DNA of 64,000 nt from Octopus sinensis (Eukaryota), in assembly GCF_006345805.1 (NCBI RefSeq), contig NC_042997.1:152458001-152522000 (forward strand). The letters run 5' to 3'. The translations under genes were made by a program, and so were the position numbers. The stretch's first letter is position 1; each line of letters opens with the position of its first letter. The notes beneath the pieces were generated by a model, which was given only the letters and a program-made list of their open reading frames with translations, was not told the origin of the DNA and ran no database searches. Below are positions 40,807 to 53,885 of this stretch, one piece after another.

Positions 40807-41186
40807 CAGGAAGGTGTTTATAAGCCATTTAAGAAACACACAAAAACCGTTAGATTCACTTCAACATTTAAATTTAATTTGCAAAAATATTTTCGTCGCT
40901 TTGAGACCGCGACCTGTGCACTGACAAAATTCCATGCTCGGCTGACATTATATTTATGATGAGAAATTTTGTCTGGAGGTGATGCAGCACGGAATTTTGT
41001 CAGTGAACAGGTCACGGTCTCAAAGCGACGAAAATATTTTGGCAAATTAAATTTAAATGTTGAAGTGAATCTAACGGTTTTTGTGGGTTTCTTAAATGGC
41101 TTATAAACACCTTCCACGCAACAATTGTTTTCGTTCCAGCACGGGATCTCAGATCAGATCACTTGCTATGCAAGTACATCTCCGTA
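40807..41186. mobile_element. Fold-back element: 130-bp inverted arms + 71-bp tail, 13-bp TSD; PLE-like architecture
   Basis: Arms 40809-40938 and 40986-41115 (5 mismatches counted). TSD actgttataattg at 40794-40806 and 41187-41199. Confidence 0.88.
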
Positions 41187-41542
41187 ACTGTTATAATTGT
41201 TAATGTATATTATACACCGTGTTATGCATATACATTTTGATAATATGTTTGTATATGATACGAACTAACAGAGGAGAACATGATCGCTCGGCATGCTAGA
41301 AACAAGAGTCAAACCTCCTCCAAATGACATGTTGAAATTACACTGTAGATAATCTGATTCTAGATACCCTTAAAAAGACGGATAATCTCAGTTAAAATAA
41401 CTTTTCCAGTAAGTCTGTTTATAGTTAATCTGTCGCTGCTCAACTTCAGCAATAACATTGTCAATGATATTACAGATAATATAAATTTCAATTCCAGATA
41501 GGAAAGAGTAACATACTCATTGATAAAATATTAACCACATAT

Positions 41543-41862
41543 AGGCGCAGGCGTGGTTGTCTGGGAAGAAGCTTGCTTCCTAGCCACATGGTACCGGGTT
41601 CAGTCCCACTGCGTAGCACCTTGGGCAGGTGTCTTCTACTATAGCCTCGGGCCGACCAAAGCTTTGTGAGTGGATTTGATAGACGGAAACTGAAAGAAGC
41701 CTGTCGTATATAAATGTGCGTCTGTGTTTGTCATGTTTGTCTATGTTTGTGTGTTTACATCCAGTCGGGGTCGATAAAATAAGTACCAGTTGAGCACTGT
41801 GTTGATGTAATCGACCTAACCCCTCCTCCGAACTTGCTAGCCGTGTGGCAAATTTTAAACCA
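41543..41862 (+). mobile_element. Chimeric SINE: family C 5' part + family N 3' part
   Basis: Family C up to gtgtttacatcc (~41762), then ggggtcgataaaataagtaccagttgagcactg...aaattttaaacc. Confidence 0.75.
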
Positions 41863-43131
41863 AAATTAGAACGATTAGGATGTCTATAAAGTACGATTAT
41901 GAGTTAGGCGATTTTAGGAAAATCGTACAATGGATTCTGTATTAAATAAATTTGGAAACCCTAATTGTATCTATTTGTATTTTTTATGCTCCGAGTTCAA
42001 CTTTACCTTTTATACCCTGCTTTATTTGGTAGGGAGATGAGAAATAAAACACCTATCCAAAACCGGGGTAGTTTCTCCTCTTCTTCATTTCTCTTGTTAT
42101 AAGATACGTCAAAAGAGTCAAGAAATGAGCCCCACGAATATTCTCCTTATTACTCAGTGAACTCCCGAATAAAAAAAAAGTGAGAAAACCTGTTGCTTTT
42201 TACTGTATTAAGTTATGGTTTATAATATGTAATGTCGTTAGCCACCGTACACTGTAAGTGTTAATGCATATAACGGAATTCAAAACTTGAAATTCATCCC
42301 CTAGGAAGATATCACTTTAAACATCGAATATAAAATTTGAACCATAACATTCTGTAGTTCAAAGTGTCACCAATTGCGTTGGGGGAATAGCTTAAAACCC
42401 CGCATAACTACTGTAGTTCTTCTGCGCAAAATTTTCACCGGCAACTTAAGAGAATTATTTGGGAAAGTGGAATAAGAGTAAGATTATATTGAAATAATAA
42501 AACTATTGATCATAAACAAATACGTGAAATGACATACGTTCAGAATGTATTTATATTGTATTCATAATTTATTTATCTTAACTCCGCTATCTAAAAACAG
42601 TTATCAAATTATAAATCATTTTACAGAACAATCTGAGAAAATACAAGTTGCCATAACACTGATCAGGAGTAAGTGTTTCATCGTAGAAGGTAGCTATATT
42701 AAAAACAAGTATAGATAATATAAGAAAGTTACTGTAGTGTCATATTTATTACAGAACTTAAATGAGTGCAGCTGACATTGAATATTTACATTGCACTAGC
42801 CAAGGTATAAAACCAAAAATGTTTTTCATAAAAATAACCAGATTTGCTTCATATACGATCATATTTATCTTCTTTCACGTACGTGAATATATATTGAAGA
42901 AAATCAAGATATTGGAATGCACAAATAAAAGAATTACGTTTTATCTAGAAAGAAAAAAAAGAAAGAAAATGTATGCGGTCTTTTGATGACCTACATAATA
43001 TCAATGAAGAATATTAAGAAAAAGATAATCTGGACAGGAATAATTTAGCATATAAAATATTTGTGTATCCGCATACTGTCGACGATATAATCCTGTATAA
43101 TCCACACGGTCGTCAATATAATCCTGTAAAG

Positions 43132-44833
43132 GCTATTTCTTTATTACCCATAAAAAGGCTATACAAAGATGCTTGATGATATAAGACAACACAACATAAG
43201 GACAGTACAAAACATAAACTCGAGGAACTAAAATGATAAAAAGTGGGGAACGAGTAAGAAGAAAAAGAAAAGAAAACGAATGATATGAAAGAATGACAAG
43301 ATGAGGCACAGTGCGCACTCGACCCCCGAAATCAAGTGGTTACATTAATACATGATTTTTACAGTCTTCTTTTTCTTTTCATTTTTAACATTAAAAGTTC
43401 ACATTAAAACATGATTTTACAGTCTTTTCTTTTTTTATTTTTAAAATTAAATGTCCACCTGTTCAATTTTCCTTCTTATAGCCTCATACTCCACCACAGA
43501 CGGCGGAATGTCACGCAACCATATCAGGTCGATCATTTTTGCAACTTCTCCGAATGTATCCAAAAATCTCTCATGCCTGTCGTCCTGTACCAAAACACCC
43601 CTGTCATGTACGTCAAATTCTTCTCTGGGCAGCTTCACCCTCGCCACTCCCTTCCACTTTCCTATTCTTTTCTCCACCTCTGCACTTTTTTTCGTAGATT
43701 ATCAGCATACCCTTATAATTACATTCTACTTCAGTTGCTTCTATTTCCACCATTTGCGTACTTTTAGGTTTAAGTTGCTACTTACATTTTTGTGGCTTCT
43801 TGGTTTCTGTTGAATGTCTCTTGCCTTTGTTGTTTTTCTTCTTTTTGGGTTGATAAAGTCATCACTCCCCTCTTTCACTTCGATCCTTTCCTTCTCCTTT
43901 ACATCGTTGGCGCGCTCAGCATCACCTCTATTCTCTCTCGTTTCTATTTTCTTTTCCATCTCCTTTTCTTTTCCCTGTTCCTCCTCATTTACACTCAGCG
44001 TAAATTCAAACAAGGGACACTGAACCTTCAGCCTTCCTCCTTCCTCAGTCTCAATATTTTAGGGGATTCGGTCAATGTCTTCGAAAGTGGCAAAAAAGCC
44101 ACATTTCGACTACGAATCTCCACCAGTTTCGCCTCTTCGTCTCTCCACACTGGTCCTAATTCAGGGTTGTTTTCTGTTGTCGCCAAAATGGCTGCAACCA
44201 ACCACTCGGCTTTAATTTCGAGTGGCATACTTGGTATTCTAATCCTCACGCTAGGCCTTCCCATGTAAGAGGGTAACAGCGTCACCTTTTCTGTTCCGAG
44301 GATGTTGATGGAATCCTAGGCTGCTTCTTCCTTGGTGGCAAACCTGACCGCCACCGTACCGAATTTTCTACCTCTACCAATTTATTCTGCTTCTTTAACT
44401 ATGTCACCCAAACACTCCTCTATGTCTTCTTCCAACAGTCTTTCAACTTACTGGTGGCGACCGCCTGTGTGAGGTACACCACCGTCATTTCTTCCTTTTC
44501 CTTCATCGTCTCCTGCGGAGGCATCAGCTTGATGGTATCTCCTTTCTTCTTCACCAACTGTTCATTCTTCAAAAACTTCTCCATATCTATCACTACCGGC
44601 GTTACTTCCATTGGCGCAACTGCTTTCGCCGCAGTGGCTTTTACATAGCTCGCCATAATACGGCTACGTTTCTCCTTTCACCTAAAATGGTGGTGGTGGT
44701 GGGAGAACAATGAAAACACAACAACCGCAACAAACAACACGCTCGCGCGGTAACAACAAATTCAACAAAATTTCTCTACAAGTCTCAAAAGCACAACCTT
44801 TCTCCTCGAAGACTCCGGTCAGAATGACTCATC
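43132..44833 (-). mobile_element. Tx1/L1-like ORF1-only derivative with 14-bp TSD
   Basis: ORF1 from 44656 (MASYVKA..GRKFGTV..PSYMGR..WLVAAIL). Tail atgggtaataaagaaata. TSD ataat(c/t)ctgtaaag at 43118-43131 and 44834-44847. Confidence 0.78.
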
Positions 44834-45384
44834 ATAATTCTGTAAAGCTTATTATAGAAATAGCCGGAAAAACATTTAAATCTTTATTTCCGAATGGAAA
44901 TAAGTTTGCAGTAACGAACGGTTTCAACATTGGATAATATTTCCAAAGAAACATAAGATATTTTCGTTTTATTCTACAATTTTAGGAATAATCTTCAAGA
45001 CTGAGAATACGGCGAGGAAACAAGTCTTTACGTGATTACTAGAAATGCTATAAGCAGTGATCAGATCGCCTTCAAATTACATCGCACCGCCTTAAAGAAG
45101 GAAGGACTCACTGGGGAGTTCGAGTTATACAATATCTGAAAAACATAAACGAGATAATCTGTAAATATTGGCACTTCGAGAAGATGCGAAACACATCATT
45201 TTAGGAAATGAGTCTCGAAGTAGATACAGCTATAAACTATAGCATACAATATATTGTGTTAAAATCCTATGGCTGCTATAGACGACGAAAGCTACCGGTA
45301 GGATACCAACTTAATCTTTTGTAGGTAACCGTTGACAGCTTTTTCCATCTAAAAGGTATTTTTTAAATCCAAAAATAATATTGG

Positions 45385-45597
45385 CTTCGAATTTTGGCAC
45401 AAGGCTAGCAATTTCGGGGTGAAGAGATAAGTCAATTACATCGATCACTGTGATCAACTGGTACTTATTTTAACGATTCGGAGAGGATTAAAGGCAAAGT
45501 CGACCTCAGCAGAATTTGAACTCAAAACGTCAAGACAGACGAAATGCCGCGAAGCATTTTGCCCGGTGTGCTAACGATTCTGCCAGCTCGCCGCCTT
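45385..45597 (-). mobile_element. Family N SINE
   Basis: Full body with ancestral tail. Confidence 0.85.
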
Positions 45598-45639
45598 CTT
45601 AATAATAATGATAATAATGATAATGATGATGATGATGAT

Positions 45640-46220
45640 GGTGACTCAATTAGAATTGTCTTACAAAACCATCACTGTAGGATTAAATACATATCTTGAG
45701 CTATCAAAAGATCCTCTAACGAAACTTGTGCACCAGCATGTTAAAGTAAAGAAGCTATACTCGGTATACAAAGAATCTGTACAGTTTAAGAAACAACTGA
45801 TGACGGAGGAACCTAGGATGAAGGCGAGTGAGAAAGTAATCCAGTTTGCTAAAAGAGTTAAGGAAAAGATGAAAAAACAAGCCCAGAAGAAGAGCTAAGA
45901 AGAATGGCTAGAAAAAACCGATGCATGACCGATACCCATGTAGAGTGAACAAACCAGATGTAGAAAAACGAGACACGCATGTATGGATGAAGAGCTCAGG
46001 ACTGAAGGCTGAAACGGAAGGTTTTATCATAGCAGCACAAGATCAAAGCTTGGCAACCGGGGCTTACCACAGCAAAATAATGAACGATGGCACTGACCCG
46101 AAATGCAGAATGTGTCATGAGCAGGATGAAACAGTGGATGCACAGCGCTTGCAAAAACCGAATATATTCATAGAAACGATAGAGTAGCGCAATATATCGT
46201 TGGAAGATATGTAAACACAA
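45640..46220 (+). pseudogene. R4/Dong-like LINE fragment
   Basis: WMKSSGLKAETEGFIIAAQDQSL..DPKCRMCHEQDETVD. Confidence 0.85.
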
Positions 46221-46548
46221 GGCCTGAAATTTTGGAGCAGAGGGGAAGTCGATTACATTGACCCCAGTACTTAACTGGTATTTATTTCATCGATCCTGAA
46301 AGGATGAAAGGCAAAGTCGGAATTTGAAATATAAGTAATAATAATTTCAGATTTTGATAAAAGGTCGATGAATTTAAAGGAGAGTGTTAGTCGATTACAA
46401 TGACCCCAATGCTCAAGTGATACTTATTTATTTTAAAGACCCGAATGGAATAATAGCGCCAGCGGAATTTGAATTCAGGACATAAAAAGATCGAAGAAAT
46501 ACTGCTAAGCATTTTCTCGGTATGCGAGCAATTTTACCAGCTCGCCTT
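46217..46548 (-). mobile_element. Two degenerate family N SINEs
   Basis: gtcgattacattgaccccag and ggatgaaaggcaaagtc motifs. Confidence 0.7.
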
Positions 46549-47289
46549 CTTTAAATAAGTAATAATAACGAGAAAATATGTAGTTAGCTTCAATGATTTA
46601 TGTAATGTGTCCTTTACATAAGTGATTTGTAATGAAATAGGTAATCAATGTTAATAAGACACAGCTAGTTACATAACTATTCATTCGGTAACATCAAATA
46701 AAATCATTCACTACAGAGGTGCGCGGCAAGATGATTATGTTGACAGTGCTTAGAGGTCGATAAAATAAATACCGGTTGAACACTGAAGTTGATGTAATGG
46801 ACTACCCCTCTCCTCCAAAATTCCAGAATTTGCGCGTATAGTAGAAAGTATTTCGTATATCTCACCTCACGAGAATGTATAACCTTCAATGTTCAGGCTG
46901 AAATAGTAATCGAAAAATCACTATGTACGTGTTCAAGGTAGCAAGAGTAATTTAGAATTTGGGGATGCCATCTGCAGGAAACACTAGTTTCTTTCATATT
47001 TTTCCCATCGGATAAGTTCTCATCGGATAATTTATCTGGTTAGCTTCATAATGTTCCCTTTATTAAATACGTGGACAACAACTTCACTTTTTCTTGTGCT
47101 AGATGATGTTTCTGAAATATTCTCTAATACTAATTTATACTGAATAGTATTCAGGTACTTTACAGCTGCTTTATTTTATCGACCCGGAGAGTCGAAATGA
47201 AAAGTTGACTTCGGCAGAATTTGAAATCAGAACATAAAGAGCCAAGAGGAATGCTGTCAAGCATTTTGACAAAATGCTGATGACTATAC

Positions 47290-48545
47290 CTTGTTTTTTT
47301 ATTGCCCACAAAGGGGCCAACGAAAAGGGGACAAAAAAGGACATGTGGGGACATAGAACAAACAAAACAAAGTAAAAAACAACAACACAAAAACGTATAT
47401 TACAAGATGAATGATAAATGAAATGAAGTTCCACAACCCCACCTCTGAGTCGCTTCATTTATACCTTTTAGTCACTTTTTATACTTCGTACCTACCAGTA
47501 TATCGAACTTGTACTCCTCCAACAACCGTACTTACGTCAATTGCCACGGCAATTTGTCTATGTCCAAGTCCATATCCCAAATTTTGTATCCGCTTTTAAA
47601 CTGATTTTTTTCCTTTTGTTCTTCGCTCAATAAGAGACCGCAATGCCATCCTTGAACGTTATCATATTTATTTGTTTCAACTGCTCTGATATCTTTCCAT
47701 GTTTTTATCTCTTCGGACAGATTTCTGTTTGAATTGTCATACATTAGTGCGTAATGATCCCTTTTCATTTTTCCGGAGGTGGGGAAGTTTGAGGGCTTGT
47801 TTCTGTATGCGATTTTTTGTGTCAGAGAATGGGGTAGGTTCAGCGTCTGTAAGGGGAGGTTGGGAGGAAAAGGGTGTGGTGGATGTTGGGTGGTTGTGGG
47901 ATGGGTTTCTGTATCTGTTTTGCTTGGCTTTTTTCCATATTTTTTTCCATAATTTTTTTCTCGCACGATGTGGGCCTCGTGTTTCTTTATGCACCAAAAT
48001 ACTTTTGCATTTGAACTTCACTCGCATTTTCTGCCCGACTCGATTTTGTTCCGATACAGCTATATATTACTGTGTATCATTGCATGCTTTCTATTACACC
48101 AGATGGTGGTTTTAGAGTTATTTGTCGTCCATTCTCTTTTTAGAGTTTGTCTAGTTAGTTCTAAGTCAAAGTGGTTTAGATAGAATTTTTCTATATCTCT
48201 TCAGGCGCTTGCAAAGGAGCTTACCTTTCGCAGTTGCCTCGCTGTGCACGTTGTTGTTAGCGCTTACGTAACATATAGAAATTTGTGCCTTTGTGTTTCT
48301 GTTGGAGGTTGCGGTGATGTTGTTTCTTTTTACTCGTAGAGAAATCCCGCTTGTTGAGGTAGTGTTAGTGACGACATTGACGTTGAGAGAGATTGCATTT
48401 CCTTCAAAATTGTCTTTTTCGTTTTTTGTCTCACTTGTAGTTGTTGTTATTCACTTGTCTTTGTTGATGTTTCGATCGGCATTTGTAGAGGCAACGTTGG
48501 TGGTTGTTGTAGTGTTCTATTTTAAGAGTGAGAATGCGGCATCTA
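47290..48545 (-). mobile_element. Tx1-like derivative whose 3' end abuts a degenerate family N body (47165-47290)
   Basis: Minus-strand tail gtccccttttcgttggcccctttgtgggcaataaaaaaa resembles the tails at 20560 and 8050. Interior decayed. Confidence 0.55.
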
Positions 48546-49595
48546 AAACGCTCTCCCCGTTTAACAACAACAAAAACAACAACAACAACAATAATGATAA
48601 TAATAATGATGAAATGTTATTTGTAAAGTCAACCAAAGTGAAGAGAGTACCGTAAGCGAATATTAGCTCTGTGGGAGTAAGAACTGAAGAAATGAATATT
48701 TGACAAACAATGTCAAATATTCGGAGTGAAATCCACCGAAGCAAAGGACAAGATATAAAAGTGAAGAACAGAAAGATGTTGAAGTTGCTGAGTCAACCGA
48801 GGTAGAAGATAACGGTGTTGAAAGTGGTGTCGGTATAAACAAAAACATAGATTCAAGCGAACATACAAAGTTAAATGAGGAATCCGACATATTAGAATAA
48901 ACAAAGGAAGTAATGGAAAGGCAACCTTCGCTACAACTACAAAAATCTACGAAACTTTGATTGGAATAGAAAGTGTAATATCGGAAATAAACATAATATA
49001 TAAACATAGCCAAAAGAAGCTGATTAAAACAGGAGAAATTGTGGTGGAAATAAATGTTAGGTGAAAAGAAAAGCACAAACGGGAAAAAATGGAGGAAGAT
49101 ATATTCTGGAAGCAAAGGACAGAAGGAAATAGACCAATTATGAAAAGACACAGGACTTCTTGAAAGGTAGGAAAATGGTAAATAAAAGTAAAACAGAAAA
49201 ACCGACTGAGCCAGCTCTACAAATGAAGAAGTTTCAAGACAGTTACCGAAGAATTGAGAGAACGCATACACGCAAAAGCTGCTGTAGTAATACGAGACAC
49301 TGAATAAAACAATTCATAGAAAATAGGTTGTTCCGATGCAATCAAGTTTTACAAAGAATTGGACAAGCAAGAGGCACGCGAGAAATCGAGAAAATTCTGG
49401 GCTAATATTTGGGAAAGGGAATAAGTTCACATTGAGAAAGTAGATTAGATTGAGGAATTTGCAGCAAAAATGCATAATGAAAAGCAACGAAATATTTACT
49501 TCAAGAAAACAATGGTCGAAAATAAGATAAACATGATGGCCAATTGGAAAGATTCTGGACTGGACTCCAAGGATTTTGGATAAAATCTTTCAAGT

Positions 49596-49900
49596 ACAGG
49601 TTGGAGCAGGGAGGAAAGATGTTTTTGAAAATTTCGCGAAATCATTAATTTTAGCTGCACACAAATTTTATTGACATCAATGTGTTCGTATTGAATTAGC
49701 ATTTGTCAAAATCAAGTGTAGAAAACGACATCCATCATGTGGTGTCCGTCCTCATTGATGCATTTCTGAAGGCGTTACTGGAAGTTGTTCTCCACTCTCT
49801 CCAGCATTGATCTGTCGATTTGGGCGACGTCCACGCGAATAGCTTCCTTCAAAGCATCCAATGTACGGGGCTTATGCGCATACACACGTGTATTACTCTG
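49596..49900 (-). mobile_element. Tc1/mariner-superfamily fragment (DD41D-like C-terminus)
   Basis: RVYAHKPRTLDALKEAIRVDVAQIDRSMLERVENNFQ*RLQKCINEDGHHMMDVVF. Confidence 0.75.
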
Positions 49901-50089
49901 CAGGATTTCAAGTCATCTTAATGAATGCATCGAAAATAGAAGTGTTCCTGAATGGATAACATCCGGTGTTATACATTTATTGGTGACAAATATTGATAAA
50001 GCTAATGAGGTCGGCAATAACAGATCTATCACATGTCTCTCTCTAATGTGGAGATATTTGATTGGAGTTATTGCAGAAGAATTATACAT

Positions 50090-50535
50090 ATAGGTGCAAG
50101 CGTGTCTGTGTGGTAGGAAGCTTGCAGAGTTCAGCCTTACGGCGTGGCATCTTGGGTAGGTGTGTTTTACTATAGCTTCGTGCCGCGATCAAAGCTTTGT
50201 GAGTTGATTTGGTAGATGGAAATTAAAAGAAGCTTATTATACATATATGCGTGTATAAGTGTGAGCGTGTGTGTGTGTGTGCGTGTGTGAGTGTGTGTGT
50301 GCGCGCGCGTGCGTCTTTATGTCTGTGTTTGTCCCGGCCACCGATTTGCAACCGGTTTTGGTGTCTTTATGTCTCTGTAATTTAGCGGTTCGGCAAAAAT
50401 CATCGATAGAATAAGCAGTATGTTTAAAAAGAAATACTGGAAGTCAATTCATTCGAGTAAAGATTCCTTCAAGGCGGTGCCCCAGCATGGCCATAGTCTA
50501 ATGCCTGAAACAAGTAAAAGATAAATGATAAAAGA
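50090..50535 (+). mobile_element. Family C SINE nested in the R4 fossil
   Basis: Head to ggcggtgccccagcatggcc..gaaacaagtaaaag; the R4 peptide resumes HLERRNLL. Confidence 0.88.
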
Positions 50536-53266
50536 ACCATCTTGAAAGAAGGAATCTTTTAAATGAAGAACAAAAGTTGTGTAGAAGAGGGACAAGAATT
50601 TCAAACGATCAACTACTGATTGGGAAGACTGTAATGAGAAATCATAAGAAGCACCGGGTCCGGCTACGTACGGTGGCGATAGATTATCATAAAGCTTGTA
50701 ACATGAAGCCTCATTCTTGGGTAAAACACTCTACGTATGTGTGAAATAGCAGATGATAATTTCAGCTTAGTCAAGAGAACATGAAACACTGAAAAAAGAG
50801 CAAATAGCAAGGACTGAAAATCTTAGAGAAGTTAAACTAGAAAGAGGGGCTTTTCACCGCCATTATTCCCAATTGTTTGTAATTTCTAAGAAATGAAAAT
50901 GCTAGGTACTGTTTGGAAACAGGATAGAAAAGAAGATAAATTATCTTCTTTTAATGATGATTTTAAATTCCATAGAAGTAATTAAAAATAGGATGTTAGA
51001 AAGACTGGCAAATACAGTAATATTATTTCCTTCGAAGTGTGACCATTTAACACTGAAACGTGGAAAGGTAGTAAAGAAAAGGTGAATGGACTTAAGTTCT
51101 AAAGAAGTTATAAAGGAGATTGACATGAACAAATGATATAAATCTCTTGGTATCTTGAAAGCAGACGAATCACTTCATATCGATATGGAATATGTCATCT
51201 GATAAGAATACTACATGTGCATTAGGAAATTGGCATCATCAAAACCCAATAAAGGCAGCAACATAGCAGCTATAAATTCATGGGCGGTGTCACTTGTAAG
51301 GTACAGAGCGGATATAGTAGACTGGGAGAAAGAAGAGTTGCAAAACAAGACAAAAAATGCGAAAAAAATTAACAATTAACAGGTTGTGCCACGCTCAGAG
51401 TGATGTAGAGCTAATATGCATCTCCGCAAAAGGAGGCAGAGATTGAGGCCTGTTACATAACATTGAATCTCTTGAGAGTCAGGAAGAGAACCTGGCCAAG
51501 TATATTAGAACATCCAGCGAGCGACGAATTCGTGCAGTCATGCAAGAAGACCTACTGTGGAAACCACAAGTGATTATATGAAGGAAATCAGAAAATTATG
51601 GGAAAACAAAATTACATGAAAACATTATAAGGGATACAGTAGAAATAAGAACAATTGAATCTTTGAAGTGGCTAAAAAATGTTTTTGAGAAACTGAAAGA
51701 TTGTTGTTTGCTTTTCAGGATCAAGCCCTTCGTACAAGTTGGATGAAGAAATGTATCGACAAGCAAGATATAACAGTAAAATGCACAGTGTGCACTGTAA
51801 AAGACGGATAAATCTTCCATGTGATATCAGAATGCCCCAAAATTGCACAGACTGTATTGAGATGATAATGCAACCAGAAAAATAACCTTAACCTTATTAG
51901 TGATGTCAAATGGTATTGCCACAAATCACAAAAATCATGGAGAATACCAACGATAATATTATCTGGGACTTTAACATAGAAACTGATCATGTAATAGAAC
52001 ACAGAGGGCCAGATATTTTAGTCTTGTATAAGGAAGATAGAAAATGTGACATTATTGACATAGCAATCTTTAGGAACGAGAGTATAAAAGTAAAGAGGAA
52101 GAGAAAGTGACCAAATACAGTAGATTGAGATGAGAACTGAAAAAGACATGGAACTTAAAAGAACCAAGTGTAACTCCAAACGTAGTTGGCGCGCTCAGAA
52201 TATTAAGTACCAATCTCAAGTTTGGATAATTTATAACTTAGGAGTAGCATAGAGCTGTAGCAAAAGATACGCTGTTTGGAATAGCAAAGATCATAAATGG
52301 AATAAATGTTGCATCTCAAGACGGTACCAGTGATTGTAGGAGCACTAAGAATGATAAAAAAAGGAATTGAAAATTATCTGAGAATGATCCTTGGCTTTTC
52401 ATTCCTGCATGAAGCGCAAAAGATTGTTTTAATTGGTGCCTCAAAAGTATTGAGAAAGCATTGTTGATGTGAGAATGATTTCCATCAGCCATGTAAGTAA
52501 TTTTTCTACATAACATTATTTGATTTTGTAAATGAGTAGTCTGGTGTGTTTATCTTAATGGTGTATCAATGTATACAGCAAGTTGCTTTGCGCTAGGTGT
52601 CGAAAGGCACTCAGCAAGAAATGGAAACAAAATTGAAAGAAGAACTCGTAGTAAAAATAATAATTGTTTTACTTAATAAAAGTTAGTTGTTTTAGTAATA
52701 TAAAGTTGCACCTTACAAATCCTCATTAACTTATGAAATCTGGCATTCATAAAACAGGATATCTGATGACAAATAAAACAAATTGCATTGATATGAAGGT
52801 AATGTGGTAATATCAGAATTTAAAATTGCTTTCACTTGTGACAAATTGTTTAAATGTATAAAAATCCAAAACAATTTATGATGTGATTACAGAAAAAAAA
52901 ACGGCTTTTTCAAAAGAGAATGTCATGTGCTGAAATAAAATGAAAATATTTACTGAAGCTGTTTCCTGAGCTACTGATATAAAGTATGTGTATTTATTGT
53001 ATATTTATGATATATTTATGGTATATAACGATATTATAAAGCATGTGCATTTTGAAGATTAAATTTCCCATTAACATCTTATATTGGTTGACTATTATCC
53101 TCTAGGAATTTGCTTTCAAGTCGATCACTTAGCAAATATCACTCAAACAACGACTAAACAACAGTCATAAATAAGAACAGAATAGATAATTTAGTCCTTA
53201 ATATTTCCTCTCTCCCCCTTCTCTCTGTCTCTCTCTGTCTGTCTGTCTCTCTCTCTGCTTTTTCAG

Positions 53267-53506
53267 CAGCATATCCTCTTTGATATGATGCTACCAGATG
53301 TCATGCGCGTGTGCACTGGAGTAGTTTTCAGTTGTCTCTTCCGAAAAGGTCTTCGGTCCCAAATTTCTATAAATGAAGAAATGGGATCTGCAATTTTCAT
53401 ACTTTTCATCGGTATTAGTGACGATATTTGTCAGGCGATGAAGTGCCTAACGTGGAAAACGAAACTGGATTCGTGGAGTCAATTTGCTGATTGTGCACAT
53501 TGAACT
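53267..53506 (+). other. Candidate non-coding (UTR or lncRNA) exon
   Basis: ~60-nt pyrimidine tract + tttcag acceptor; ct|gtgagt donor. Non-repetitive sequence with stops in all three frames. Confidence 0.4.
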
Positions 53507-53885
53507 GTGAGTGGCTAACTCTTCTATTTTAATCAATGTAATGGTTTGAGCCCATCATACAACATTGATCTGGTTACTTAATACTCACTTGAACTGAGTA
53601 TTAAGTGTAACATGTTTTCATTCTCTAGGAATATGAATTAATGACCACTGTGTCAGCGGTATACCACTTTAATAACTCGTCTATGTGCAAAACAAAAGCA
53701 AAAAATACAAAATTATCTTCGACAGTATGTTATATTTTCGTTTCTTTTAATAGAATATTTTGTTCACTGTCAATGAATATACATTAAAAAAATGGTTAAA
53801 CTCCAGTGTTTGACTCGAGCCCCCCCCCCCCAAAAAAAATAGTTGCAATAGGTGTAAAACAATATGTAGTAAACGAATATGATTT

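Larger units (their letters stand above)
48650..52290 (+). pseudogene. Long R4/Dong-like LINE fossil with nested insertions
   Basis: Collinear KFWANIW, NWK..G.D, VPEWITSG, RSITCL, EEQK.CRRG, DQLLI, IDYHKA..PHSW, AINSWAVS, QDQALRT, IWDFNIETDHVIEHRGPDI, IIDIA. Confidence 0.85.
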
